Shown: positions 11,008 through 21,341 of the stretch, in pieces | Numbering within the stretch: the first letter of the stretch is position 1 | Layout: every line of letters starts with the position of its first letter | Source: an uncultured Trueperaceae bacterium | GTDB taxonomy: Bacteria; Deinococcota; Deinococci; Deinococcales; Trueperaceae | Direction: 5' to 3' | Assembly: GCA_963799485.1 (NCBI GenBank) | Contig: CAWCXJ010000010.1 | Span: 9,357 to 73,356, forward strand | DNA: 64,000 nucleotides | Made by a program: the position numbers and the translations under genes | The notes under the pieces: generated by a model | Told to the model about the DNA's origin: nothing | Seen by the model: the letters and a program-made list of their open reading frames with translations, nothing else | Database searches by the model: none

Positions 11008-11049
11008 ACTTTTGATATTTTTAGCGCTGGCCTCGAGTCCAAGCAGAAA

Positions 11050-12531
11050 CTAATGTGCCGGACTGTGCAGCAACGCCCCTGGTTTGTCATGCTGCGCCAA
11101 CCGAGTAATCAACGCGGCACTAGCTTCATTCTGACCTCTGAGTTCAACATGGACGCCGCGCCGCATAAACTTCAGCGCCACCTTGTCGAGCGCGGCAATC
11201 GCCGACCCGTCCCAGACGTGCGCCCGGGTCAGGTCGATAACGACGCGCCGAATCTCTTCTTGAACGTCGAAAGCGTCGATAAAGCCCTGCGTCGAAACGA
11301 AAAACAGCTGACCGCCGACCGTATAGGTGCGGGTCTGACCGTCTTCGCTTAAAGTGCCGGTGACGCTCGAGAGTTGCGACACTTTACGGGCAAAGAACAG
11401 CGTACTTAGAAGCACCCCGACGAGCACCCCTTGCGCCAGGTTGTGCGTCAAAACGGTCGTCGCCACCGTCGCTACCATCACGACAGCTTCACCTTTGGGA
11501 ACAACCATGAGGTTACGCAACGACGACCAGTCGAAGGTGCTGACCGACACCATAATCATCACCGCAACCAGCGCGCCCATCGGAATCTGCCGCACCCACG
11601 GCGACAGCACGAGGATCAAGAATAGCAGCACGACCCCGGCAACGAGCGTCGACAGCCTGCCGCGCCCCCCCGATTTGACGTTGATGACCGACTGTCCGAT
11701 CATCGCGCAGCCTGCCATCCCGCCGAAAAAACCGGTGACGATGTTGGCAATCCCCTGGCCCCGCGCTTCTCTGTTTTTGTTGCTCCCGGTATCGGTCATG
11801 TCGTCGACAATTTGTGCGGTCAGGAGAGACTCCAAGAGCCCCACGAGCGCTAAAGTCAGCGCGACCGGGAGGATAATTCCGAGTGTCTCCAACGTCAATG
11901 GGATTGCCGGTAGACCAAAAAACGGCAATGCACTCGGCAGCTCGCCCATATCCCCGACCGTGCCCACATTCGCCCCCGTAAAAATACTTACGAGCGTCAA
12001 CACGACAATAGCGACAAGCGCACTCGGCACCGCTTTGGTCAACCGCGGCAGACCGTAGATAATCGCGAGTCCGGCGACGACCATCGCGTACATCTGCCAG
12101 TTTTCCCCGGCAAACTGCGGCAGCTGCGCCATAAAAATCAGGATGGCGAGCGCGTTGACAAAACCGATCATCACGCTGCGCGGGACGAACTTGAGGTAAC
12201 GCCCGAACTTAAAGACGCCGAACAAAATCTGAACTACGCCGGTCAGGATCGTTGTGGCGAAAAGGTACTCGAGGCCGTAATCGCGTACCAGCGTAATCAT
12301 CAGGAGCGCCATCGCCCCGGTCGCCGCGCTGATCATCCCCGGACGCCCGCCGACAAAGGCAATCACCACGGCGATAGAAAACGACGCGTAGAGCCCGACT
12401 GCCGGATCGACGCCAGCGATAATCGAAAAAGCGATAGCTTCGGGGATGAGGGCGAGGGAGACGACGAGGCCGGCGAGGATGTCACCGCGAACGTTACCGA
12501 ACCACTCGCGTTTAAGCGTAGAAGAAAACAT
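11050..12531 (-). CDS. SulP family anion transporter with C-terminal STAS domain
   Basis: [47 protein letters not shown]...VVIDLT. Confidence 0.93.
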   Translation of the reverse strand: MFSSTLKREWFGNVRGDILAGLVVSLALIPEAIAFSIIAGVDPAVGLYASFSIAVVIAFVGGRPGMISAATGAMALLMITLVRDYGLEYLFATTILTGVVQILFGVFKFGRYLKFVPRSVMIGFVNALAILIFMAQLPQFAGENWQMYAMVVAGLAIIYGLPRLTKAVPSALVAIVVLTLVSIFTGANVGTVGDMGELPSALPFFGLPAIPLTLETLGIILPVALTLALVGLLESLLTAQIVDDMTDTGSNKNREARGQGIANIVTGFFGGMAGCAMIGQSVINVKSGGRGRLSTLVAGVVLLFLILVLSPWVRQIPMGALVAVMIMVSVSTFDWSSLRNLMVVPKGEAVVMVATVATTVLTHNLAQGVLVGVLLSTLFFARKVSQLSSVTGTLSEDGQTRTYTVGGQLFFVSTQGFIDAFDVQEEIRRVVIDLTRAHVWDGSAIAALDKVALKFMRRGVHVELRGQNEASAALITRLAQHDKPGALLHSPAH

Positions 12532-12740
12532 AAAACCTCTTTTTGGGTAGGATCAGGCAGTTGCCTGTTTAGCAGCGTACAAGGGTGAGCATCAAGAAAT
12601 CGTCAGGGCAGCATACTTATGCGGATTGCCCTCGGTTGAGTTTTAAGTAGGAGCCTTCAGCGTCACAAAAGTTGTTTGGGTAGGTGAGCTTGGGGCGTTT
12701 GGATGAGTGCGGGCGGTACGTCCAACCCCGCGATGTCCCT

Positions 12741-12769
12741 ATTATGCCCCAGCGACCCGGAGAGTGCAA
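12741..12769 (-). promoter_or_regulatory. Sigma70-type promoter upstream of the SulP gene
   Basis: Minus strand TTGCAC-17 nt-CATAAT, about 200 nt upstream of the start codon. Confidence 0.6.
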
Positions 12770-12840
12770 CAGTCTTTGCACGTTAAACTATGCACCAGTC
12801 TTTCTGTAGTCTCGTCTCGGTCAGCACCCGGAGGTCTGCT

Positions 12841-13197
12841 ATGTTCAGCCGTCTGCTCTTACCGATAGATTTTTCACCCAGTGCGGATTCGGCGCTCATG
12901 ACTGCGCGGCAGCATTTTCCGGACGCGGCGTTGCTGCTCCTGCATATTCTCAGCGCGCAGCGGGTCGCCACGCTCTACGCCGACACCTTTATCTCGCCGG
13001 TCGACGCTGCCGGGGCGCGGCGGACGCTCGAGCAAGAATCTTTGGCGCGTCTGCAAGACCTGGCCCAAAAAAACGAAGAATGTGCCGTTGTGGTTGGGCA
13101 ACCCGCGCAGGCGATTTTGGGGCAGGCGGCAGCGTGGCACCCCGACCTGATTGTGATGGGTACGCATGGGCGCACCGGGCTGGCTCATTATTCCTGA
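12841..13197 (+). pseudogene. Universal stress protein truncated by IS1 remnant
   Basis: MFSRLLLPIDFS...DLIVMGTHGRTGLAH then stop; lacks the GSVAE..L tail; abuts IS1 sequence. Confidence 0.8.
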
Positions 13198-13653
13198 TAC
13201 CCTCAGGCAAATAAACGCTGGATATGGTTAGCACTTTGCAAACAGACTCGACAGGTGGTTGCAGGTGTTGGCGGCGGCAGAGGTATCACGACTTGTCGTT
13301 ATCTCTGCCGCGCTATTCCCGTCATCTTCAAAGGTATCTGCTTCACCGACTTCTGGGAGGCTTACCAAGCCGTCATTCCTGATGAGCGAACAGGCCCGGG
13401 AGGTGCCGTTTTGTTCAAGACGCAGCACGAAGCTGTCGGTAAAGATTCAGGTCTCACAGCTCACACCAAGCGATTTAACAACTTCAGCGCAGCACCGAGG
13501 CTTGACCGTCCCATCCGTCAACGCCTAGCCCGGTTGGTTCGTAAAACGCTCTCTTTCTCCAGGTCTGACGCGATGCATCTCATCTGTCTGTACCTCTTTT
13601 TACACCGTTACAATCTTGAGCGTAGGGCTGTCATTCGGAAGTGAGCCATTACC
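13181..13653 (+). mobile_element. Degenerate IS1-family element (InsB C-terminal fragment, 13255-13644)
   Basis: FTDFWEAY...HEAVGK...RFNN...RQRLARLVRKTLSFS...HRYN; right end reads GGTAATGGCTCAC on the minus strand (IS1-like IR). Confidence 0.85.
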
Positions 13654-13779
13654 AACTTTCCGACTCCCGGTTGCCGAGATCAGCAGTGACCAGGCTTGAG
13701 CCGAAGCCCTGACCGACTTACAGCTTTCTTACTGCCCGCTTCCAGTACGGAGACGGACTAGGACCCTAGCCGTACCCAT

Positions 13780-14532
13780 TTATTGCGCCGTATACGCGCC
13801 GTCGACCGTGTAGTAGCCGCCGGTGATAAACGAGGCGTCGTCCGAACACAAAAACGCCACGAGCCGGGCGACTTCGGCAGGCTCACCCAAACGCCCGATG
13901 GGATGCAGCCCGGTAAGCGCGTCTAGCGTTTCCTTGTCGAGCGCCTCCAAGAGCGGCGTTTTGATGTAACCGGGGCCGACCGAGTTGATCCGGATACCCT
14001 GCGCGGAATACTCGAGCGCCGCCGCCTTCGTCAACCCGACGACCCCGTGTTTCGCCGCGACATACGCTCCCGAGTTGGCGGTTCCGACCGAACCCAAGAT
14101 CGACGCCATATTGACGATAACCCCGCCACCCCCCCGCACCATCGCCGGAATCTGGTAGCGCAGCCCGTAAAACACCCCGTTCAAGTTGATGTCGATAACC
14201 TTGCGCCAACCCTCAGGGCTGTACTCACCGACGGGACCAAGCTCACCGCCGATACCGGCGTTGTTGACGGCGATGTCGAGTTTGCCGAAAGTCCCTACGG
14301 CGTGAGCGACCATGGCCTCAACCGCTTCGGCGTCGGACACGTCGGTAGCAACGAAACTCGCCTGAGCGCCGCTGTCTTCGATAGCCTTGACAACGCGCCG
14401 CCCACCCTGTTCGTCTACGTCACTGACGATTACGGCTGCGCCGCCCTCGGCAAAGGTGTGCGCGCACGCTTCGCCGATACCCGAACCGGCTCCGGTTACA
14501 AGCGCAACCTTGTCTGAAAAATCGTAGTTCAT
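13780..14532 (-). CDS. SDR family NAD(P)-dependent oxidoreductase
   Basis: TGAGSGIG, NNAG, S...YVAAK catalytic motif. Confidence 0.93.
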   Translation of the reverse strand: MNYDFSDKVALVTGAGSGIGEACAHTFAEGGAAVIVSDVDEQGGRRVVKAIEDSGAQASFVATDVSDAEAVEAMVAHAVGTFGKLDIAVNNAGIGGELGPVGEYSPEGWRKVIDINLNGVFYGLRYQIPAMVRGGGGVIVNMASILGSVGTANSGAYVAAKHGVVGLTKAAALEYSAQGIRINSVGPGYIKTPLLEALDKETLDALTGLHPIGRLGEPAEVARLVAFLCSDDASFITGGYYTVDGAYTAQ

Positions 14533-14534
14533 CC

Positions 14535-15182
14535 TTACCGCCAATCGTTGAGGTCGTCTTCAGGCAAGTGGGCCAGGCTTTTGGCTTGACCGGCTGCCTG
14601 AGGCGTCTTCGGGGTGCGCGCCACCCGGCTTAAAAATTCGCCGACGAACACCTCGGCTGCGTCCCAATCGGTATACACCACATCTTGGGGCCCAACTGTA
14701 CCCCCGCCTAGCTGATACGCCAACAAGTCTAAAACGAGCGCTTTGTAAGCGTCGTACTCGGTGTGACGTAAGGCTCCGGCGAGGCTGAGACTCAGCCGGG
14801 GCTGCCAGCCGGTACGTTCTAAAAACGCCGCCAGATAGCCCCGCGCCTCGGCCTGACGTTCGGGAGTTTGCACGGCGGCAGCGAGGCTGACCGAGAAAAA
14901 GGCGCTGGGAATACGTTGCAAAAGCGGCAGATTGGCCTTTACGAAATCTTGAACTGTAGTTTGGTGGTACCCCTGATGTACCGACGCGCCGACGACAACC
15001 GCGTCCCACACGTCACCGATGCCAAGGGCAGCGCTGTCGGCGATTTCGGCTTCGAAGCCTTCTTTACGGGCAACGTCCGCCATATACGCCGCAACGTCTC
15101 TTGTATGGCCCTCGGTGGTACCGTAAACAATAAGCAGTCGGCCCATATCTCGGTTTCTCCAAACTTGGCTTGTCTTTGACAT
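14535..15182 (-). CDS. Flavodoxin-domain protein (HemG-like)
   Basis: LIVYGTTEGHT, VVVGASVH, SAFFSVSL, YTDWD; GGAGGAGG RBS before ATG 15182 (alternative start 15146). Confidence 0.85.
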   Translation of the reverse strand: MSKTSQVWRNRDMGRLLIVYGTTEGHTRDVAAYMADVARKEGFEAEIADSAALGIGDVWDAVVVGASVHQGYHQTTVQDFVKANLPLLQRIPSAFFSVSLAAAVQTPERQAEARGYLAAFLERTGWQPRLSLSLAGALRHTEYDAYKALVLDLLAYQLGGGTVGPQDVVYTDWDAAEVFVGEFLSRVARTPKTPQAAGQAKSLAHLPEDDLNDWR

Positions 15183-15508
15183 CTGCGCCTCCTCCGGGCA
15201 GCCTTGCTGACTTTTACGGTAAACACGCCAAACGTGAGTGTTAGCTGGTGTAGCAAACCGCTGCCACCTGTTTACGTTCACTTTAAGAGACCTTTGGGGT
15301 CGAAACACCGAGGGTTTACCGACGGCGTGCGTAGGAGTTTTCCCGACCTGCAGCGTTTCACGCCTGGGGATGCAGGCGTCACCTTCAGGTTGTGTCGAGC
15401 TTTGCCCGGTAACAGGCGCGCCCGACTTTACGGTAAAGGGGCTAAGTATCCATACGCCGACTTCTTACTTTTTGCGTCCAGCACTACAGAAACCACGAAA
15501 AAAGGTTT

Positions 15509-16147
15509 TTACTCGAGCAACCCTTGTTGCAACGCGTAGCGCACGAGTTCGGCGCGCGTTTTGAGGCCCAGCTTTTCGGCGGCGCGCTCGCGGTAGGTCG
15601 AGACCGTTTTGTCGCTGATACCCAGCTGTCCGGCGATCTCTTTGTAGGTGCAGCCGCTCGCGATCTTTGTCAGCACTTCGCGTTCGCGCTCGGTCAACTT
15701 GACGTGGCGGTAGGGGTCGGGGCCGGAAAGCTCGCGGGCGAGTTCGGCCAAAAGTTTGGCGGGCGCGTAGTATTCGCCGCGTGACACCGCTCCGATGGCG
15801 TCTAAAAGACCGGTCTCGAGCGAACTCTTGGGAACGTACCCGCTGCCCCCCGCCACCAAAAAGCCGCGTACATATTCCGGGTCTTCGTGCATCGACAGGG
15901 CGATAAGCCGCGTGCCGGGGAGTGTTCGTTTAAGCGCCTCGGCGGTTTCGATGCCGTTCATCCCCGGCAACGTCAGGTCGAGCAGCACGATGTCGGGCGC
16001 GAGTGCCGGAGCTTTGGCAAGGGCCGCTTCGCCGCTGTCGGCTTCACCGACGACCTCGAGGTTGTCGTGCACCTCCAGCAGCAACCGGATTCCGGCGCGC
16101 ACTACGGCGTGGTCATCGACGAGAAAGAGCTTAGTACGGTTTGTCAT
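15509..16147 (-). CDS. NarL/NreC-type response regulator (REC + LuxR HTH)
   Basis: LVDDHAVVRAG, LLDLTLPGMNG, LTEREREVL...KEIA..LGISDKTVSTYR. Confidence 0.95.
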   Translation of the reverse strand: MTNRTKLFLVDDHAVVRAGIRLLLEVHDNLEVVGEADSGEAALAKAPALAPDIVLLDLTLPGMNGIETAEALKRTLPGTRLIALSMHEDPEYVRGFLVAGGSGYVPKSSLETGLLDAIGAVSRGEYYAPAKLLAELARELSGPDPYRHVKLTEREREVLTKIASGCTYKEIAGQLGISDKTVSTYRERAAEKLGLKTRAELVRYALQQGLLE

Positions 16148-16190
16148 CAGGTCTCTACCCCCGAATATACGCTTTTCGGCTGAGTTTGCG

Positions 16191-16676
16191 TTACGCAAGT
16201 TCAGCCTCTCCCTCGGTAGTTTCACTGCTCTCACATCGAATCAGCAGGTAAGGTTTGGTCGCTCCGTGGAGCGCTTCTTCTGCGACCGAACCGAGCATCA
16301 AACGGTTAAACCCGCGCCGCCCGTGCGTCCCCATGACCACTAAATCGACCCCCTCTGCCGCTTGGTGAATCGCCGGGGCCGGGTGCTGGTGTTCGGCTAG
16401 AACCGTGGTGCAAGGTACGCCGATCTCAGCCGCCAGCACCTCGGCCTGACGCAGCACCGCCCGCGCGGCGTCTTGCAGGTCTTGATAGAGCTGTGGCCGG
16501 TACGACATATCGTAGCTGTACGGGGCGGGATAAAGAGGCAAAAGCGGGTCTTCCAAAACGTACAAAAAGACGACCTCTGCGCCCAGGGTTTTGACCAGCT
16601 CGAGCCCTTGACGAATCGCCTTTTCACTACACGAACTGCCGTCGGTCGGCATCAGCACGCGTTTAACGGGGAGCAT
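16191..16676 (-). CDS. Universal stress protein
   Basis: VLMPTDGS...DLVVMGTHGRRGFNRLMLGSVAE. Confidence 0.93.
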   Translation of the reverse strand: MLPVKRVLMPTDGSSCSEKAIRQGLELVKTLGAEVVFLYVLEDPLLPLYPAPYSYDMSYRPQLYQDLQDAARAVLRQAEVLAAEIGVPCTTVLAEHQHPAPAIHQAAEGVDLVVMGTHGRRGFNRLMLGSVAEEALHGATKPYLLIRCESSETTEGEAELA

Positions 16677-16730
16677 CGGTTTCTCCTTTGTACGTCAAGG
16701 TAGCTGTACGTCAAGGTAGCCGGGTTTCGG

Positions 16731-17180
16731 TTACCCACCGTGAGCGCCACTTACGACGAGGTGCGGTTTGGGTGAGCGCCGCAACACCGCTTCGGTCACG
16801 GAACCGAGCAAAAAATGCTCGAGCCCGCGCCGTCCGTGTGTGGCGAGTACCGTCAGGTCGTGGTCTTTTTCTGCCGCTAAAATAGCCTCGACCGGGTGGA
16901 CAGCCAGATCGTCGATCAGGACGGTTTTGGTCTGTACCCCGCGCGCCTGAACCGTCGCTGCGGCCCGCGCGAGCATCGCCCGCGCTTCGTCTCCGGCTTT
17001 TTCAATCCGGCGCGGGTCGAACACGCCACTTTCACGCCTTGTGTAGACGCTCTGTTCGGGATGCAGCACGTGGAGGAGCGTTACCTCGGCCCCCAGCTTG
17101 CGGGCCAGCTGCGAGCCCTCTCTGAGCGCGTGTTCACCGTACACGCTGCCGTCCAAAGGAATTAAAATCCGGGTATACAT
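16731..17180 (-). CDS. Universal stress protein
   Basis: MYTRILIPLDGS...ATHGRRGLEHFLLGSVTE; GGAGG RBS. Confidence 0.93.
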   Translation of the reverse strand: MYTRILIPLDGSVYGEHALREGSQLARKLGAEVTLLHVLHPEQSVYTRRESGVFDPRRIEKAGDEARAMLARAAATVQARGVQTKTVLIDDLAVHPVEAILAAEKDHDLTVLATHGRRGLEHFLLGSVTEAVLRRSPKPHLVVSGAHGG

Positions 17181-17383
17181 AAAACCTCCGCAGCTCGAGC
17201 CTCCGCACCTTGAGCCTACGCGCTGCACCCCACCGTTGCCACGGACAACCGCCTACACCGCTGTAGGATTTTTTTGTAGGATTTTTCCGGCCAGCGGCGA
17301 GCCGTGTTCCCGGTTGGTCGCAGGGACTAAACCGCAGAACCGCTCGAGTCAGTTTCCAAAGCCGCAATCGGGGCACAGACGGT

Positions 17384-19159
17384 TTAACGCTCGGCTTTCG
17401 GGGCGGTTTTTTGCAAGGGCAACCTGACGCTGATAACCGTGCCCCGGCCCGGCGTACTCTCGAGCCGCAATACTCCGCCCAACAGCTCGACGCGCTCGCG
17501 CATCCCGGCCAGTCCGACACCAGCCTCGGCAGAGAATTCGGAGACATCAAAACCCTTCCCGTTGTCTTCGACAATCAGCTGCACGTAGTCGCCTTTGGCA
17601 CTCAGCACTACCGAAGCGTGGGTCGCCCCCGCGTGCCTGACGACGTTGGTGAGCGCCTCCTGAACAACCCGGTAGACTGCGACCTCTTCACGGCGGGGCA
17701 ACCGCTCGGGCAGGCGCGTCAGCACATCGATGGTTGTCGCCGAACGCGCGCTCAAAAGCCGCGCGAAACGCGTGAGCGCCGCCTCGAGCCCGAGTTCGTC
17801 CAGCAAGGCGGGTCGCAGGTCGCGCGAGATACGCCGCACATCGTCCAAGGTTTGGGTGACGAGTCCTTTGAGTTCTTGTACCCGTTCCCTGGTTGGGTTT
17901 TCAAACAGCGCGTTAAGTCCCAGGTTCACCGCCGTCAGCGCCTGCCCCACCCCGTCGTGGAGGTCGCGCGAGATGCGGACTCGCTCCTCGTCCTGAGCCG
18001 TGAGCAGGGCTTCGACAGCGCGCTGCCGCGAGGTCACGTCGAGCGCCAAGGCTGCGCTCCCGGTTGTACGGCCCGTTTCGTCGTTCAGGCGCGTGGTGTA
18101 CCACTCGCACAAGATTGTGCGTCCGTCTTTGGTGCGGTTCCGGCTCGTGCGGCGGCCTCCCTCCCCGTGCCCGGCAAACATCATATGCAGCTGCGGGTCG
18201 TTGTCGACCAACAAGTCGGCGCGCCGCACCCCGACAACCTCGTCGGCGCGGTAGCCGAACATACGTTCGGCAGCCGGGTTCCAGGCGGTAATCAGCCTGT
18301 CCGACAAGCGCCACTCGAGCACCGCCAGCGGCGTCTGTTTGACGTGCAGTGCCAGCCGCTGTTCGGTGCCCCTGAGCGTCTGCTCTGCCCTGACGCGTTC
18401 AGAAATATCGGCAATAATTGCGACAAAGACTTCGGGATTGCCCCGGTAAAGCTGCAGCTGCACCTCGACCGGATAAAACGAACCGTCTTTGCGGCGGTGC
18501 CGGGCCGTAAAGGTAAGTTCGGCGCGGCTGCCGCTGCGGAGCGGCCCCAGCAGCGCGGCGAAGCTCGCGGCGTCGAAGTCGGGGTTGAGGTCGAGCGGGG
18601 TCAAGCTTTGCAGCTCCGCCATAGTGTAGCCGAGGTTCTCACGTGCGCCCCGGTTCACCAGCGAAAACTGCAAGGTATGCGCGCCAAACAAATAGATTTC
18701 GTTGAGCGACGTTTCCAGAATCCGCCCGAGCTGAACGAGTTGGGCTTCGCTCAGGTGACGTTCACTCACGTCACGGATGGCGGCGACCACCCCGCCCCCT
18801 TGCGGCAGTTGTAACGGGGTGAGGCTGATTTCGACCGGAAATTCGTGCCCGTCACGGTGCCGCGCGAAAAGCTCCAAGCCCGTACCCATCGGCCTCGCGT
18901 GTGGCGCGGCGAAAAAACGCGTTTGATGCGCCCGGTGGCGCGCCCGCAACCGCTCGGGTAAGAGCTGCTCCATATTTTGTCCGATGAGTTCGGCCCTATG
19001 ATACCCGAAAAGGCTTTCCAACCGTCCGTTGACCAGCTTGATTTCACCCTGGGGGCCGACGATCATAAGCGCGTCCATCGGCGACTCTAAAAGCTGCTCG
19101 AAACTCTCCGGGGTCGCTGCACCGGCAGCGAAAAGGTTTGCCAGCTTTGAGATGTCCAT
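17384..19159 (-). CDS. Cytoplasmic triple-PAS sensor histidine kinase (HisKA_3 type)
   Basis: Three PAS-like repeats; ERVRISRDLHDGVGQ H-box; QEALTNVVRHA, DNGKGF, GVGLAGMRER. Confidence 0.93.
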   Translation of the reverse strand: MDISKLANLFAAGAATPESFEQLLESPMDALMIVGPQGEIKLVNGRLESLFGYHRAELIGQNMEQLLPERLRARHRAHQTRFFAAPHARPMGTGLELFARHRDGHEFPVEISLTPLQLPQGGGVVAAIRDVSERHLSEAQLVQLGRILETSLNEIYLFGAHTLQFSLVNRGARENLGYTMAELQSLTPLDLNPDFDAASFAALLGPLRSGSRAELTFTARHRRKDGSFYPVEVQLQLYRGNPEVFVAIIADISERVRAEQTLRGTEQRLALHVKQTPLAVLEWRLSDRLITAWNPAAERMFGYRADEVVGVRRADLLVDNDPQLHMMFAGHGEGGRRTSRNRTKDGRTILCEWYTTRLNDETGRTTGSAALALDVTSRQRAVEALLTAQDEERVRISRDLHDGVGQALTAVNLGLNALFENPTRERVQELKGLVTQTLDDVRRISRDLRPALLDELGLEAALTRFARLLSARSATTIDVLTRLPERLPRREEVAVYRVVQEALTNVVRHAGATHASVVLSAKGDYVQLIVEDNGKGFDVSEFSAEAGVGLAGMRERVELLGGVLRLESTPGRGTVISVRLPLQKTAPKAER

Positions 19160-19404
19160 CTGAACTCCCGGCAAGACTACAGGAAAACCTTCAAAAAGCT
19201 TTTACGCCCCCAAATTGCCCGCAGCGTAAAGGTAGCACCAGCGTAAAGGAATAAAACCTCTGCCGTAAAGCGTTGGGAGTTTATCTCAATCCGGCACGGA
19301 GTCGGAACAGGCAGGGAGGATACAGGCGGGAGGACTTGAACATGGTTATTCTGCCTTCTCCCGCCTGTACTGTGTTACCTCACAACTGGGTTACACCACA
19401 AACT

Positions 19405-19746
19405 TTACGCTTTGCTTTCTGTCTCCGGCGTCGGTTCGGCCTGGTCGTCGGGCTCTTCGCGGATGACCTCGAGCCGCGCCTTGCTTAAAAGCGCCGCCGC
19501 CGCGCCGAGCGCCGCCAACAGGGGCGCGCCCAGCGTTAAAATCCCTCCGGCAACCACCCCAACCGTCAGCGGGACGCTCATCAGTTCCTTGCCCTCTTGC
19601 GACTTGATGACCACCCGTTTGGTGCTGCTCTCTTGCAACAGCTCCTCGACCCGCTCGACGAGTCGGTTCCCGGTGACTTCGATTTCCTCGACCCACCGGC
19701 GCTTTTTGGGTTCGGCCTGGGTTTGCTGCTCTTGCTCGTCGTTCAT
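19405..19746 (-). CDS. DUF4342 domain-containing protein
   Basis: EEIEVTGNRLVERVEELL...VPLTVGVVAGG...PLLAALGAAAAL; AAAGGAG RBS. Confidence 0.85.
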   Translation of the reverse strand: MNDEQEQQTQAEPKKRRWVEEIEVTGNRLVERVEELLQESSTKRVVIKSQEGKELMSVPLTVGVVAGGILTLGAPLLAALGAAAALLSKARLEVIREEPDDQAEPTPETESKA

Positions 19747-19776
19747 CTTCGCGCTCCTTTCAGGTTTTCGGATATT

Positions 19777-20160
19777 TCAACGCCAGTCTAGCGCATGACG
19801 CCCCGTTCGTGGTCGGTAACCCACGCCGTGGCGTAACCCGAAACCGAACGGGTAGCGCAGACCGTTAAAGGTAGAAAGGCCACAGAGATTGCCACGGTCG
19901 TCGGTAACAAGCAGGTGCTTGACACCGTTAAGGCACAGCGAGCAATAATCCGAAAACTCGCTCGAGTGCACGTGTGCAAGCTTGCCGGGCGAGAGCCGAC
20001 TGTCGTGCGTCACGTCGGTATCTGGATCGGCGTGACCATGCTCGAGGTCAATGTCCAAACCCATGCGAAGCTGCCCAACGTCGTAGCACTCCCGGGTCAC
20101 GCCCGGCGAGGCTCCGATTTGCGCTGCGTCTTCAGTGGTGAAATACGGTCGGCACATCAT
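19777..20160 (-). pseudogene. Degenerate DUF5661-like gene joined to a CBS-like fragment
   Basis: FTTEDAAQIG...QLRMGLDIDLEHG..DPDTDVTHD...GKLAHVH..EFSDY, then GVKHLLVTDDRGNLCGL. Confidence 0.55.
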
Positions 20161-20623
20161 GGTTTTCGCCGCTCAAACACGAAAAACAGTCGTACTGTGT
20201 TTCCTTGCTTCGCGGTCAACATCTCGGCAATTCCCTCGGCCCACACCTCAGTTGCCCTTAGTTGCGCACATCAGGCGTCGCGCCCAAGGTTCTTTTCAGT
20301 GTAGCCGCCCCGCGCTGCAACCTGTAGCCGAAAAGTTGCCTACGTCCATGTCGGCGTTTCTCCGACGTGTTCCGGTGCCTCGGTACCAAAAGCGTTCTAG
20401 GCGACGCACTGTGAAAAAACCGGGTTTTGCGGGAAGCGGCTAAAGTGCCGAAAAACCTTGTCGGGATTTTTCCGAGACTTTCCGACTGCGAGGTCGGCGG
20501 TAAACCGCTTTGAGAAGGCCTCGCCACAAGCAAAACTGTACACAAGCGAAACTGTAATTTGAGGCCCGGTTCGGTTATACTTAAAGGTCTACAAGTACCT
20601 AGTCGTGTAGAAAGGGGGGCAAG

Positions 20624-20953
20624 ATGGATGAGCTTAGGGGGAGTGTCGGGGTCTCAGCCGTAAACCACGTTTTGCAAGCTGGTCACGGCGTCGAGGTTAT
20701 TGGGCCGTGCGTCGCCCGGTTTTTAGTCCGCGTCGCATTAGGTAGCGCAGACGCGGCTTACGAGTCCGTTTTCGTCGAGGTGTTCGACCGAGGCGACGCC
20801 GTCGCCACAGGGCAGCGTTACGTCGGCTGGGTTTTCTCGTGTCACGGGTTTCCGCTACTTGCCGGGGTTCCGGTAGCCGAAATCAGTGAAGTTCACGGCA
20901 GTCTGAACTGGCGCGAACTCAGAGCCAAACTCAGTGTCGGGATGTACCGGTAG
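20624..20953 (+). CDS. Hypothetical protein (109 aa)
   Basis: ATG with G-rich RBS; downstream hairpin at 21022-21060; no recognised family. Confidence 0.5.
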   Translation: MDELRGSVGVSAVNHVLQAGHGVEVIGPCVARFLVRVALGSADAAYESVFVEVFDRGDAVATGQRYVGWVFSCHGFPLLAGVPVAEISEVHGSLNWRELRAKLSVGMYR

Positions 20954-21341
20954 CAGCTCAAACAAGCTTGACAGGTGGTCTCACGCGCTAGCCGGGCAAG
21001 CCGGAGGGAAAACAGAATGCAGGAGGGAGAACAGAGACACGTGCCTCTGTTCTCCCTTCCGGTCTTGTTGCGCTAGGTAGCCGATTTAAGCACCCTCATT
21101 TTGCGGCGGCTCGCGGCGGGTACACGCACAGCTCGCGCAGCGTCCCGCCGACGCCTGCCGTGGCAGCTGCGACAAACGCCTGGGCAACCGCGTAGGGGTG
21201 GATAAGCTGCGCCGACGCTGCACCCCGGAACCTTCGTCGGCAAAACCACGCTGCCCGACCAGCGGGCTTTGAGCCCGGCACGCGCCCAGACGGGCGACGT
21301 TTAAGGCTTGCGGGTGGAACACGGCTGCCTTGCGGCGCGGC

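Noticed and set aside
17411..18814. 467-aa plus-strand ORF
   Set aside because: Antisense shadow of the PAS kinase; such shadows are common in GC-rich DNA.
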